The notes under the pieces: generated by a model
The model's input: the letters and a program-made list of their open reading frames with translations, nothing else
Databases searched by the model: none
What the model was told of the DNA's origin: nothing
Source: Mobula hypostoma
Taxonomy: Eukaryota
Reading direction: 5' to 3'
Assembly (NCBI RefSeq): GCF_963921235.1
Contig: NC_086097.1
Coordinates: forward strand, 188,234,001 to 188,298,000
Length of the DNA: 64,000 nucleotides
Shown: piece by piece, positions 14,160-27,833 of the stretch
Position numbering within the stretch: position 1 is the first letter of the stretch
How the letters are laid out: every line of letters begins with the position of its first letter
Translations under genes and position numbers: made by a program

Positions 14160-15250
14160 ATTTACATTCGATTCAGAACAGAGTAGATATGGGAAGAAGT
14201 AAGGGAGTAAAGCAGAAGGAGGAAGTAATTATAAGTAGACTGAGAATTGGGCACAGCAACCTTAATGGTACTCTGGCCATCATAAATAATCATCCAACAG
14301 GTTTTTGCAATCTTTGTCAGGAGGCTGAAACAGTAGAGCATATCGTTATTTCATGCAGGAAATTTGCACAGGAAAGACAACAAATGTTACAACAATTACG
14401 CAAAATAGGACTGGTAGAGAACAGTGTTAAAGGTTTATTGGAATGTGGAGAGAGTGATCGGGGAGGAAATGGTTGTTTAGTTTTCTAAGGGCGACGGGAC
14501 TGGAAAGACGGCTTTAAAATGAATGGGCAATGAGGGACATTAAATCCTGAAGATGGCAGTAATGCAACAGTGTGGATGCCAACTGCTGTAAAAACTCAAG
14601 GAAGAAGAAGAAGAAGAAGAAGGTTAAAAGGGTACAGCAAACATTTACAAGGGTGTCACCAGGACCTGAGGACCTGAGTTGTAAGGAAAGGTTGAATAGG
14701 TTAGGTCTTTTTTCCTGAAGGTAGGTTGGGGGAAGATTTGATAGAGGTATACAAAATTATGAATGGTGTAGTTAGGTTAAATGCAAATAGACTTTTTCCA
14801 CTGAAACTGGGTGAGACTATACATGTGGTCATGAGTTAAGGGTAAAATAATTAAGGTGAACATGAGGGAGATCTTCTTCACTCAGAGGATGGTGAGAGTG
14901 TGGAATAAGCTGCCAGCGTAAGTGGCCGATGCAGGTTCAATTTCAACACTGAAGAGAAATTTGTATAGGTACATGAATTGGAGGGCTATGGTCCGGCTGC
15001 AGATCAATGGGAACAGGCAGGCCAGTATTTTGGCAATCAGTCTCTATATAGGTGCCGATCTTTTTACAGTCATTCCATTTGTTCTCTTCACTGTTAAGAG
15101 TCATAGAAAAGTACAACACAGAAACAGGCCCTTCAGCCCATCTCTTCTGTACCGAGTCAATTAAACTACCTGCCCCCTTTGATCAACACTGGATCGATGG
15201 GAGTAAGCAGTTTAGTGCGCCTCTCCATAATCCCTTTCCTCTTATGTAGA

Positions 15251-15500
15251 TGGGTGGCACGGTTGTGCAGCTAACACAGCCGTAGTTTCACAGCTCCAGT
15301 GACCTAAATTTAGTCCTAAACTCTGTTGCTGTCTGTGTGAAGTTAGTTTGTTTCCTTGTATCCACGTTGGCTTACTTCTGGTGTCTGTTTCCTCTCAAAT
15401 TCCAAAGAATTGTAGGTTAGTACAGTATGTTAATTGGCCACTGTAAATTGACCTAGTGTGCTGGAGCTATAAGAATGTGGGAAGAATAAAATGGAATTAG
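15251..15500 (+). mobile_element. Degenerate V-SINE (HE1-like, tRNA-derived)
   Basis: ggcacggttg...cacagctccagtgacc head, V-domain gctgtctgtgtgaagtt...gtttcctctc...ccaaaga, and taattggccactgtaaattgacctagtgtg. Confidence 0.7.
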
Positions 15501-15529
15501 TGTAATGGCAGAAGAAATAAAGGTGTGGG

Positions 15530-16240
15530 CTATTTTCTAAATGGGGCAAAGATTCAAAAATCAGAGGTGCAAAGTGACTTGTGCAGAATTCCCTAAAGGT
15601 TAACTTGCAGGCTGAGTCAGTGGTAAGGAAGGCAAATACAATGTCAGCATTCACTGTGAGAGGACTAAAATATAAAAGCAAGGATGTAATGCTAAGGTTT
15701 TTTAAGGATTTGTTCAGACCGTACTTAGAATATTGTGAGAAGTCTTGGTCCCCATTTTTAAGAAGAGATGTGCTGGCATTGAAGAGGTTTCATTGGAGAT
15801 TTATGAGAATGATCCCAGGAATGAAAGGGTTAACATATGAGGAGTGTTTGATGTCTCTGGGCCTGTACTTGCTGGAGTTTAGAAGTATGAAGGGGGATCT
15901 CAATGAAACCTATTGAATATTGAATGTCCTAGATAGAGTGGATATGGAAAGAACGTTCCCTGTTGTGGGGGAGTCTAGGACTTGAGGGCACAGCCTCAGA
16001 ATTGAGAACAGAGATGAGGAAAGTTTTCTTTAGCCAAAGGATAGTGAATCTTTATCGTTGCTGTGCAGGCCATGTTATTAGGTATATTTAAAGTGGATAG
16101 GTTCTTGATTAATCAAGGCATCAAAGGTTATGAGGAGAAGGCAAGAGAATAGTTTGAGAAGTATGTTAGATCAGCCATGATGGAATGAAACAGACTCGAT
16201 GGGCCGAATGGCCTAATTCTGCTCCTATGTCTTGTGATCT
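15530..16240 (+). mobile_element. CR1 3' fragment
   Basis: RPYLEYC..WSP..RRD motif; CR1 3' UTR gggccgaatggcctaattctgctcctatgtctt. Confidence 0.85.
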
Positions 16241-16935
16241 AATGGCTCTGACTCTCTGAATGTAAGAAGCAGGCTGCTTTCCCTTAGTGGAACTATTATT
16301 CATGCTTCTCAGGGTCTTCCTTCCAATCTTAAACAATGGAATCTTAAGCAGATTCCATGCTGTTGTGAAAAATTAGAATTAAAAATGTATTTCACAGTTA
16401 TTACCTCCCAAGGGTGGAAACTGAACTTTACACATCGCCCCAGTTTCTACAGAACTTATGTCAACTATTTTGAAATAACCCTTTATGATAAGTTATAAAA
16501 GCAAACCCTTTTTACAGAATAATTCAATATTGCAACTGTGAAGATTTGTTCTTCAGTTCTCCAGCCTCTGTAGTAATGTAGCTGCTAAAAAGCTAATTGA
16601 CAAGCTCCTGAAAGCTCTGGAAACTTATGTGCACTGACTAAGCCCACTTTGGTTAATATTACTTCTAATGGGCCTTCCATGAAATTCGCAACTTTATCTC
16701 CCAAAGGGCCTGTTGCAATTAATATAGAAACCAATGGGTTGGATATGACTTCCTGTCCCAGTACCATTTTCAGGCCATTTAAACTCTTAAGCGCTCACAA
16801 ATCTGAACACTCAAAGAAGCTGAAATTTAGACTGACACTACACTAGCACAAGCAACTGGAAAAGTTAAGTTCAAAGTACTTATACTGTTTTGAAATTCCT
16901 ATCTTTTATTCTAATTATCAAATATTGTGTTTCAG

Positions 16936-17144
16936 ATATGCAGTACATGACATGGATGAGTTTTGTGGTACTTGCCTGGAACTGGAACTGCTGGTTTATT
17001 CCCATACGCTGTGCTTTCAATTATCAGAATCCACAGATTCTTTCCATCTGGTTAACTATAGATTATATCTGTGATTTCATCTATCTGCTGGATATGTTGG
17101 TGTTCCAGGTCCGCTTGCAGTTTGTGAAACAGGGAGACTTAATA
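16936..17144 (+). CDS. CNGB3: CNGB3 exon 6 equivalent (S1-S2): DMQYMTWMSFVVLAWNWNCWFIPIRCAF...QVRLQFVKQGDLI
   Basis: tttcag|at ... aata|gtaagt; 209 bp; WNWNCW and RLQFV motifs. Confidence 0.95.
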
Positions 17145-17380
17145 GTAAGTTTAACTTTCATCAAAGTAATCATTCAATTGCATCAGTTTATCTGAGATAT
17201 ATGGCATAGAATCAGCCCAAAGCCCAACTATTCCGTGCTGATATTTATAGTCCAGTAAATCTTTCAAAGTAAGCTTGATATTCCACCTCATATTCACATG
17301 CTACTTTCTCCTAAATGTATCTGTACTCTCCACTTCAACCAATTCCTATGATACTGATTCCCATATTCTTAAGGCTAATT

Positions 17381-19167
17381 GTCACTGTTATTACTAATAA
17401 TTGCAGAACTCCTTTTTTTCGACTTTTGCGGGGTACGAGACAAGGATGTCCATTAAGTCCCCTGTTATTTAATTTGATGTTGGAACCTTTGGCTATTGCA
17501 TTTCGTGAAGCTAAAGATTTTAACTAAGAAGTTATTTGATCAGGTTGATTCTATTATTTCATCTTTTATTTTGAATAATAAGAGACCAAGAATTGGAAAA
17601 TATCATTTACAAAAATCCAAAAAGAATGGAGGTCTTGCTCTGCCTAATTTAAGAATGTATTATTGGACGGTTAATATACATTATGTGTGTTCTTGGTTAT
17701 ATTGGACTGATAAATTGAACGACCACCTTGGGTTGATTTGGAACTGAAAGCTGTGAAACAGTTTTACTTAACTTCGTTATTAGGAGCCTCGTTACCTGTA
17801 CAACTGGCCAAAATTTCTATTCTAAATTTATATCCTATGATTAAGCAGTCATTACAAATTTGGTACCAGTTTTGTAATTTTTTTTTAATCTTAAAAAATT
17901 TAACCTTCTTAGTTTAATTTATCGAAACTATTTATTTAAACCTTCACTTAGTGATCCTACCTTTTTTCTTTGGAGGAATAAAGGAGTTTATTACTTCATG
18001 GATCTGTTTCAAGAAGGTTGATTGATGTCTTTTGAGAAATTAGTAACTAAATATTCTCTCTCGCACTCACATTTCTTGCAATATCTTCAGGTCAGACATT
18101 TCTTACAAGAATATTTAAGTAATTTTCCATATATACAAGATTCTGACCTGTTAGACATTATTTTAAAAATGAATCATTTAGTGAAAGATTTTATTGGGAA
18201 AATTTATAATTTACTATTACAACAGTATAATTATCCTTTACTTAAGATTAAGCAAGATTGTGAAAGAGAGCTTAACATGACCTTGATAACAGAGAATTGT
18301 TTGCGAATTTTGAAGTTGGTTAACTCTTCTTCGATTTGTGCCAGTCACTCTCTAATTCAATTTAAAATTGTACATCGTTACTACTTGACAAAGGAGAGAC
18401 TGTCTAAAATATTTCCTAATGTTGATAGTCAGTGTGATAGATGTAAAACTAAGACGGCTACATTGACACATATGTTTTGGTCGTGTTCTGTATTGAAACA
18501 GTTTTGGAAATCTATTTTCTCTATAATTTCTAAAGCTTTAAAAATTAATTTGCAAACTAATAAATAGACAGTTTTGTTCGGTATAATTCCTCAATATATT
18601 CACGGTATTTCTATATCAGACCAACATGTTATTGCATTTGTCACATTATTGGCCAGAAGGACTATTTTATTGAAATGGAAAGATGGCCTCTGCTCCCACT
18701 TTGATACAATGGTTCACTCAGGTGATGTTATGTCTTAGTTTGGAGAAAATTAGAAGTCGAACTTTTAATCCTCGATTTGACTTTGAGAAAAGGTGGGGTT
18801 CTTTTGCCTGCTACTACCATTTGATTGGAGTTAATTAAGGTGGTCCCCTTCTGATTCTTGTGTAATTGGTTTTGGTTGGAGGCTTGATGTTTTTCTTTCA
18901 TGGAAGCTTGTATGGCGTATAGCTCCGGGGTTGTGCTCCCAATGGATTTTTTTTCGGTTAGTAGGGGGTTTTTTTCCTTCTTTCTTTTTTCCAAAAAATA
19001 ATAGTTCTAGCATTTTGTTTTTTCTTATTATTATTGGTATACTGTTTAGCTTGGTTAATCAGTTATTTGATAGTTTAACTCTTATTGTATATATTGATAT
19101 GTTGATTTAACTACTTTAATGTATTTTTTGTTGATTTTCAGTAATAATTGGTAAAAAGATTTAAAAA
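17381..19167 (+). mobile_element. 5'-truncated, internally deleted fish-type L1
   Basis: RGTRQGCPLSPLLF, GGLALPNL and C-terminal CDRC...HMFWSC finger; T-rich 3' UTR and A-rich end. Confidence 0.88.
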
Positions 19168-19748
19168 TGATAAGTTTGTGGCCTAAGGTAGAAGGAGTCA
19201 ATTTTAGAAAACCTAGCACATTTATTTTTCAACATAGTACCCTCCTTTATTTACACACTTAGTCCAGTGGTCGTGGAGCATATGGATCTTGGACCTCCAG
19301 AAAGTGTCCACAGCAGGGGTGATTGATAAGTTCGTGGCCTAAGGTAGAAGGAGATGAGTTATACAGCTCTCGTTACATGCACATGCAATTCACCTCTTTG
19401 ATGATTATACAGAAAGTTTGAAGTTAATAACTCATCAGGGGTGATTGATAAGTTTGGGGCCTAAGGTAGAAGGAGATGAGTTATTAACTTTCTGCATAAT
19501 CACTCAAAGAGTTGAACTGTATTTGCATGTAACGAGAGCTGTATAACTCACCTCCTTCTACCTTAGGCCACGAACTTATCAATCACCCCTGCTGTGGACA
19601 CTTTCTGGAGATCCAAGATCCGTATGCTCCACGACCGCTGGACTAAGTGTGTACATGTAGGAGGGGACTATGTTGAAAAATAAATGTGCTAGGTTTTCTA
19701 AAATTGACTCCTTCTACCCTGGGCCATGAACTTATCAATCACCCCTCA
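19168..19748. mobile_element. Palindromic mariner-derived element (MITE-like)
   Basis: Inverted arms of about 270 bp. The TIR unit ggggtgattgataagtt..ggcctaaggtagaagga recurs internally. Each arm carries a mariner transposase C-terminus (HDRWTKCVHVGGDYVEK*). TA at the right end. Confidence 0.85.
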
Positions 19749-20179
19749 TATTATAATCATATTAGATAGCTTCTAGTTGTGCTCTTCGTCACGAATGGAA
19801 GTATTCTCTCTCTGTTCTCCTTTATCAAATATATATAATCATTTTGAAGTCCTCTATTAGGTATCCCCTCAGCAGCCTTCCTCGTGAGAAAAGAGACCAA
19901 GTCCATCTGACCGAATCAGCATTCATTTATTAGTTATATTTTAATGATAATTAATAATGGCTCTAGATGTGACCAAGCCATTCCAAAACAGCAGATCCCA
20001 TATTTTTGACTATCCCTTGATAAACTGATCAAAATCAGGATTGAATCTGGTAGACGAAAACTTGATGTAATGTTCCCTGGAGCATCAAAGGGAAAATTGA
20101 GTCAGAACTCCTGGTCCTGATTGGCATACAATGTGTAGAGCAGACTTTCTTTTTGGGCTTGTTTGCCATCAGAATGGTG

Positions 20180-22454
20180 CAGGGGCGGCGCTAAGGTGGT
20201 GTTAGCTGGTGCTATAGCCCCAGCAGAAATTGCAATAGCACCAGCGTAGCACCACCAAGAAATAAACTGAAATTTCACATACAAACTGCAGCTGCTTTGC
20301 TTTCTCTGTATAGTTTTGAATACAGCTTGTTTCTCCAGTTGATCTAGTGAAACAGCGCCCCAATTACCATAGCACCCACGCAGCAATAAAGTTATAAACT
20401 GTCAGATCCACTCTACACTTCTACTTATTCGTTCATTATCAATGTCTTGCCGTTGCTGTCCTGAGATCAGTTAAGCTGATCTAAGATCACTTAAGCCTTC
20501 CTCGTGAGAAAAGAGACCAAGTCCATCTGACCGAATCAGCATTCATTTATTACTTATATTTTAATGATAAATTAATAATAGCTCTAGATGTGACAAGATC
20601 TCACTCTCACTCACGTGAGATATTGATAGCATACAACTAGGCGCAGATCCATGGTCTCGTGAGACTAACGGATGCCACACACACAGACACACACACACAC
20701 ACACACACACATTATGCTTTTACAAGCTAGCGTGGGCCTGGCACGTGCATTATTTTGGCCGGCGTGAAAAATGGATCAATTTTTAGTGAGAAAACGACCT
20801 CATCCAGATGAATTAGTGGTGTCTCAACCTGAGCCTGTCTTATTGAAAGAGACATGCAGAAAGAAGTAGGTAGGGATGAGGACGACGGCAGTTCATCGAA
20901 GGAGTGTGAGGGTGAAGAAGAGGAACAAGAAATGGAGCAGGATTCGGAAGAGAACGTGGATGAAGCTGTTCTTGGTGCTAGTGGGAATACTGTTAGCGAT
21001 GTTAGCCAGCAGCCTGAAGAAAGATCCTGTCGGCCAGCATTGAAAAAGTACCCTTCACTGCTCGCAACAGTTTGGCAATCAGCAAAGGAGTTTTATTTGT
21101 GGCTGGTTTGACTGACTGGAATATTCGATCACGAAAGATATTACGTTCTGCTTCGCATGCAGGCATTTCCTGTGTGGACAACATGGGTTCCATTCTGAGT
21201 CTACCTTCACTGTCACCGGTTACTGCAACTAGCGGAAAGCTACAACAGCTTTCAAAACCCACCATGTAAGTGCAGCTCATAAGTTTGCTATGGAGGCGCG
21301 GGCCGAATTCAGATTGAGAAAACAAGACGGTTCAAGATTGGGAAATATGCTTGATAAACGACATGCAAAGATTGTCCAAGAAAATCGTGAGTATATGAGA
21401 GCTGTGGTTGAGACTCTAGCAAGGACAGACAGTGAATGACACAGTGGAATTTCTAGCTCCAATGAGACCCTACCGCAATGCATTTATAGATTTATACAAA
21501 CTAATCTGCATATCACTGACTCTACCTGTGACATCTGCCTCATGCAAGCGGAGTTTCTCGTGCCTCAGATGCCTCAAAAACTACCTAAGGAATAGCAGCG
21601 GCGATGCTCAGAACAGCAACTTGGCCCTGTTGGCCATAAACAGCCGGAGGACCAAAGCACTTGACATCCAGAAAATCATTGATGCTTTCACTACCAATCA
21701 CAACAACAGATGAATTGTGCTTCTCTGAAAACATCAATGGTGAGTGCTGTTGATTTTGCTTAAATTTGGGCCAAGACTAATGCTGATTATTATTATTATT
21801 TTGTGGTGGATACCCAATCGTCCTTATGTTTCCTGAAAATCCTAAACTATTACATTTACTGCTATTAAGCCTACTGGTTTTGCTTAGACTTCCAAGCGGA
21901 GATTCTGTTGATTTTTGTTTTAAGTTCAGTAGCCAAATTAATTGAGGTATTGCATGGTCAGAGTACGATTTGTCCAACTCCTGGTAAAGCCTTGCATCTG
22001 TTGTTTGCCTTATTTGACTTTAATAATCATGTATCTATTGGCATTGTCTGTCTATGTAATGTGAATAGCAGTGGACATTGTGGGTGAGTGTTGTGTTTTT
22101 CAGTTGAAAAGCACGCACTTGACGCTGATTGCGGGATTGGTGCGTGATTCACATTGTGCGCTGTGGGTCAGATGCTCTGTTGGTTTGTTTGTTTATGCTC
22201 CATGTAGCCCAGGTCGTGTCCGATGCTGTTGACACTGTCACAGTTCACTTCTATATTATATTTATCAATTGCTGCTGCTTGTGAATCAACAGAGGCATTT
22301 ATAGCAGGCACATAATGCTTGAAACTGACTTTTGAACGCCATGCGTCTGGCCTTGTGAATACATATTACAACACAGCACATCCCTCAGCACCATCACTGA
22401 ATCATTCAGCCCCACTGTAGCACCAGCAAGAAAAAATCTCTAGCACCGCCACTG
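20180..22454 (+). mobile_element. Internally deleted hAT transposon (ZMYM1/Tip100-like transposase remnants)
   Basis: TIRs caggggcggcgcta / tagcaccgccactg; perfect 8-bp TSD GAATGGTG (20172-20179, 22455-22462); TTF-type finger WLEYS..FCFACRHF; dimerization domain LTLPVTSASCKRSFSCL. Confidence 0.92.
20677..20710. repeat. (CA)n microsatellite inside hAT element
   Basis: cacacacacagacacacacacacacacacacac. Confidence 0.9.
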
Positions 22455-22462
22455 GAATGGTG

Positions 22463-23973
22463 CCAACAAGGGGTGACTGTTTAGGTGCAGCTTCGATGGG
22501 AATCATCAAAAGTTCCCATTCAGGACTACTACAGCTGAAATCCACACTCACAGCCATGGGTATTTCAGGAAGAAACATCATTTTAAGACGTTTAAAAAAT
22601 CTGTCAATACTCAAAATTGATGGATCCCAGATGGCAGAGCCAGACTACAAGTATGATTGAAACACAAAGGTTTTAGAACCCCCCCCCCACTCCCTATTAT
22701 GCTGCTGGCGAAGGTACAGCCTCTGGAGAATAAAATTGAAGGCCTCCAAGCAAGATTGCTGTACCAGAGGGATGTCAGGAACTGCTATGTACTTTGCTTT
22801 ATGGAAACATGGCTATCCCCTACCATTTCAGACGGAGTATTGCAGCTCAATAGCTTCGCCATTCTCTGCAAAGACAGAACAGCTCAATCTTTTAAAGGCA
22901 GATGAAGTGGAGTATGCTTTATGATTAATTCATCATGGTGCACATTCATGATGGTTCTTTCTCTTCCCTGCTCACCCAACAGCATCAGTGTGAGGACCTG
23001 GAAGGTATGGTCAAGGGAGGCAGAGGAGCACTTAAAGGACTGCTTTGAGTCAGTGGACTGGACAATATCCAGGGGTTCTTCTTTGAACCCGAATGAATAC
23101 GCCACATTAGTCACTGACTCCATCAAGATCTGTGTGGATGAATGCATGCCTTTTAAAACATAATGGATATGCCCAAACCAAAGCCTGTGGATGAACCAGG
23201 AGATTCATAGTTTTCTGAAGGTTAAACCTGTGGCGTTTAAGACTGGTGATCCATAGCTATACAAGACATCCAAGTACGGCCTTCAGATGATTGTGGACTT
23301 CAGGAAGTGGAAGTCAAGGGGACACACCAACCCTCATCGAGTGATCATCGGTGGAAAGGGTGAGCAGTTTCAAGTCCCTAGTTGTCAACATCTCTGAAGA
23401 TCTACATTGATGCAATTACAAAGAAGGCATGACATACATTTCATTAGGGGTTAGAGGAGACTTGGTATGTCGCCAGTGTCACTCACAGACTTCTACAGAT
23501 ATACTGTGAAGAGCATTCTAACTGGTTCCATCACTGTCTGATATGGAGGGGCCACTACACAGGATCAGAAAAAGCTGCAGGTAGTTGTAAGTTCAGTCTG
23601 TTCTAGCCCACCCAGCAATGAGGACATCAACAGAGGTAATGCTTCAAAAAGGCAGCAACCATCATTAAGGACCACCATCATCCAGGACATGCTATCTACT
23701 CATTGGTACTGTCAAGGAGGTGTATAGGAACCTGGAGATATACACTGAGCATTTTAGGAACAGCTTCTTCTCCTCCATCATCAGATTTCTGAATGGACAA
23801 TGAATCCATGAACACTACCTCACTATTTTCCCCTCTCTTTGAACTTCTCATTCAATTTATTTTTATATATACTTATTGTATTTTGTTTTTTTATTATTAT
23901 GTATTGCAATGTACTTCCACCACAAAACAACAAATCAAACGACATATGCCAGTGATATTAAACCTGATTCTGA
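22463..23973 (+). mobile_element. Heavily deleted Rex1/Babar-type LINE
   Basis: LLAKVQPLENK..LCFMETWL, DCFESVDW, IVDFRK; tail aaacctgattctga; 5' boundary approximate. Confidence 0.75.
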
Positions 23974-26900
23974 AGCACAGAGATTCAAGAGCAAAACTTG
24001 CTATTAATTTTTCCAGAACATCTAGGAGAGAAAATCAGTACCATCTTTGCCAGCAATACTGTTACACCATCAATTAAGTTTTTCTATAATCTGCATGACT
24101 GAGAGGCCATGATAGTTCTATACTTTAAAATATGTTGAAGATTTCTGCCTAGACCACATTTTAAGGCAGTGAGTTCTAAATCTCTACCAACTTCTGTGTA
24201 AAAAAAACCTTCCTGTGGCTTTGCTCTAATGCTTCTCCTAATTATTGTAATGTTAGAAATAATTTAATTTGACACTTTTCTGCTCAGCTGACCAGACTAT
24301 GTATGCCATTCTGAACTCAAATGCTGTTCTCATTCCATTCAATCACACACTTAATGTATGTAACATCCATAAACTTCTTCATGTCCCCCTGATACTTAAA
24401 TCTAAATTATGTCAAAAACATCAAATAGGACTTCAAGATTGCTGGAATTTTGCAGTTCAACTAAAGGTCTAAAGAAAGCAAACTCGCAGTTGTTAGCGTT
24501 AGTTGCATTAATATAGTCTCTGACATCCAAGTGATAGGAGCCATAGCAATTTGCACCTACCAGGAATGCAACAAAGATTTGCCACACCTGAATATCAGAT
24601 CTCTGGGAGTGAACCTTTCTTACTCTTAAGACACATCTTCAATATTTTCTGTCATGGGTAATGAACCTGGAAACACCTGAGAGAGTTTTTGTTGGACCAC
24701 CCCAGGAAGCATGCATAAGGTAGTGAGTGAGCATGGGAGGGAGGTTAGGTTTGTTGGAGGTTGACATGATATCAGTGGGGCAAGTATTGGTATATCCTAT
24801 TGGTTTGCTGAGACTCATTGATAGTTCATACATTGAGCTCTATGTAATTGAATAATCTAAACAACGTTACCATAAAATTCCAACTATTTGGACCTCTTTA
24901 CATCTTCTTTCTATTTTTTCATAGATGTCAAAAGTTGGTGACTAAAATGTTTGGTATTATTTATTTAAATAAAAGCAGAATACAGCCATTGTTGTAAATA
25001 TTAATAGAAAATGCTAGAAATATTTAGCTTTGTCAGGTAGCATCTGTGAAGGATCAAGTAAAGTTAGTATTTCAGGTCAATGATTTTTCACAAGAACTGC
25101 AGAATTTTCTGTTTCTATTTAGAATGAGCGGTCAGCAGGCTGAAAGTGTGTTTATCCTGTGTCGAGCTAATGAACCCTGCCATTTATTTACTCAGACCAA
25201 ATATATAAACATTGATTTAAACTATTTTTAAACAGCCAGTATTTTTCATAAAAGGCTTATATGAATAGCTGATTTTTATATAATTATTTCCCATTTACAT
25301 GGCAGCACTTCTGAAATAATCATTTCTGCTTTATTTCCTCTGTTACAGTACATTACTCTTTTTCCTCATTAGCTTTTGTATAAATTATTTGAAAATATTG
25401 AACAAAATTCCCCTCTGGGATGTACAAATAGGAAATTAAGCTACTAACTATTCACTATGCTTCTGCAGAAGGAGCTGTGCCATTGTTGCCATGGTAGCTA
25501 GCTTACTAATGATTTCAGCTCATTCAAAGTGTCCAATCTGTCAACTGATGTAGAGTTCTTCCAGGTTTGTTTTGTCATCTTGAAACATGTAAAGAGAAAA
25601 GTATTGCATTTATATAGTGCACATCAAGAACTTCTAAAACCACTTGAAGCTAAGTAAATACGTTATTACTTTAAATGTTAATACACCTATAATATAGAAA
25701 ACAAGGATTTAACAGAATCCCACTAATAGCCGTGTGGTAATGACTGGTTGTGAAGTTTGAAATTAACCTACCCAAGAGCTGTGGATTCTGAGTCGTGTAT
25801 ATTCAAGGCTAAAATGTTGGAATATTGGATTATAGAGAACGAGGTAAGAAAGTGGGACTGAGACCAGTGATGAAATCGATCTCAATCTTATTGAATGCAA
25901 AAGCAGGTTCAAGGAGCTGTCTGTCCTACTGCTGTTAGCATTATATTCTATGTCTCATTCTAAAGGTGTTTTTTTCCAACATTGAAGGTTTGCTCAGTAC
26001 TGCAGAGAAATGTCAGTTTAAATTTTTGTGCTCAAGTCTTTGGAAAGGGATTTAAATGCACCATTTTCTGATCCAGAGGTAATGGCATTAGTACCCCGTC
26101 TATGTTTATCCCACCAACTCAGTATTAAGATGCTTAGCAAAATTGCATATATTATATACTTCTCCTCCAAAGTATTTTATTAATAGTGCTTTTTTTGTGG
26201 CACTCATCTGAGTGTAAAAGTAATGGAGTATCTTTAAACACAGTGGAAAGCATAGTTGTGCATTGCTGTTAACAAAACTATCTTCTGATATAAGTACTAA
26301 ACATATTTTGCTGTCTAACGTAGTTACTGAAAATACAACCTAATTATGGCTAGTAATTTAATTTGGCTGGCACACAACATACTGATATTTCATATGGACA
26401 TACCAGCAGAATTAACATTGTCCCTCAAAATTTCCATAAAATTTAGAATGAGAAAAAGGTGGGGACTTGCACTTGGGTAGCACCATAAGGACATCTGGAA
26501 GTCTTTTATGTCCACATAGTTATGTGTGAAATATCACTATTGTAATGCAGGAAAATGCAAGAGTTCTACTCATAATAAATCTGATATTTAAAAAGTTTTT
26601 GGGTGTTTGGTTCACAAGAATGTTGGCCAGGAAATAAGGAAAACCTGATTTTTTCAAAACCAACAGCTTTTGTAAAGAAAAGGTTTTTCTGAAAATCTAA
26701 CTAAATCTCTAAACACAAAGCACTGTTTCAATGCTGATTTAATATGTCATCTTTGCTTAGCATGGCATGCAGATGTAGCAGAATTAAATATTGGCACCAA
26801 GCTTCTAGCACCTGACCCATCCTTAGGGGTAGACATGAGAAATGTTACTAAAATGGATGTAACCTGCAGTTGGAGTGACTGTGGGGTTAGAAACTAATTT

Positions 26901-27833
26901 CAGAATTAATAAGGACTCCTGGTTATGAATAGTCCATTTCAGTTTCACTAGTAATGTTGTGGTGGCATGTAATAAATGTGCTAGACACAAAGATTCCATG
27001 ATTTTTCACCACTTCCCTTTTTTCACAGTAGGTTTGTATTTGTTGCCTTCCAGCCCACAGGGTATGAATTAGAATCTAGGAACTTTTGAAAAATATAAAC
27101 AATTAAATTTCCTATCTCTGCAGCCGTCTATTTAAAATCCTTCAGCCATAGGCCAACAAGTTCAAGAAATACATATATTTGTCTTTAGTCTTATTAATAC
27201 TTTCTTTTTTACTGATATTAAATTACCTTAGTTCCTTATTTTATTCTTGGCTTTTTGTTTTCCACAATGATGTCAAAGGACCACATATATAGTAAATAGA
27301 AAGCGTGAAGTATCATAATATATCACCTGTGGAACCAGAGGAGCCAACACATTTGATAACATTTATACCATCATCAAGAACACTTACTATGCCATCCCAA
27401 AATGAGTGTTCAAGAACATCTTCAATCTCTCTCTGCTGTAGTCAAAGGTTGGCGACAATCACACCAGAGCCCACGAACAGCAGCGTGAGCTGCCTCAACA
27501 ACTGTCACCTCGTGACACTCAACTCCTGCCTAAACAAGGACCCGGACCTGCTGCAATTTGCCTATCGCCACAGTAGGTTTGCAGCAGATGCAATCTTACT
27601 GGCTCTCCACTTGGCCTTGGATCACCTGGACAATAGCAATACCTACATCAGCCTGCTGTTTGTTGATTACATCTCAGCATCTACACTATCACATCCTCAG
27701 TTCTAATCAATAGGCTCCAAAACCGGGCTTCTGTACCTCGCTCTCTAACTGAATCCTTGACTTCCTCACCAGGAGACCATAGTCTGTGTGGATCAGAAAT
27801 AACATCTCTCTCGCAATCAATATTGCTGCACCT

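Larger units (their letters stand above)
7522..14619 (+). mobile_element. Full-length decayed Nimb/I-group LINE (gag-like ORF1 with three CCHC knuckles; ORF2 APE-RT-RNase H), interrupted by an LTR and a CR1
   Basis: ORF1 CFNCQEFGY / CARCGGEH / CCNCGGNH; LQWNARSL; RNase H motifs SVYAAE and WVPTHSGIMGNETAD; RLRIGH and a Cys finger; (GAA)n tail; TSD aaggttgaaag (7511-7521) / aaggttaaaag (14620-14630). Confidence 0.88.
3800..15020 (+). mobile_element. Old CR1 LINE 3' portion split into three pieces (about 3800-3968, 7330-7521, 14620-15020) by younger insertions
   Basis: The pieces rejoin colinearly with the young CR1 sequence: ...gaacagaggaatctggga|atacaggtacataattcc... and ...aaggttgaaag|ggtacagcaaacatttacaagg... 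Confidence 0.8.

Noticed and set aside
20854..21713. Domesticated ZMYM1/THAP12-like host gene
   Set aside because: Frameshifted, internally deleted and bounded by TIRs and an 8-bp TSD: a dead hAT transposon.
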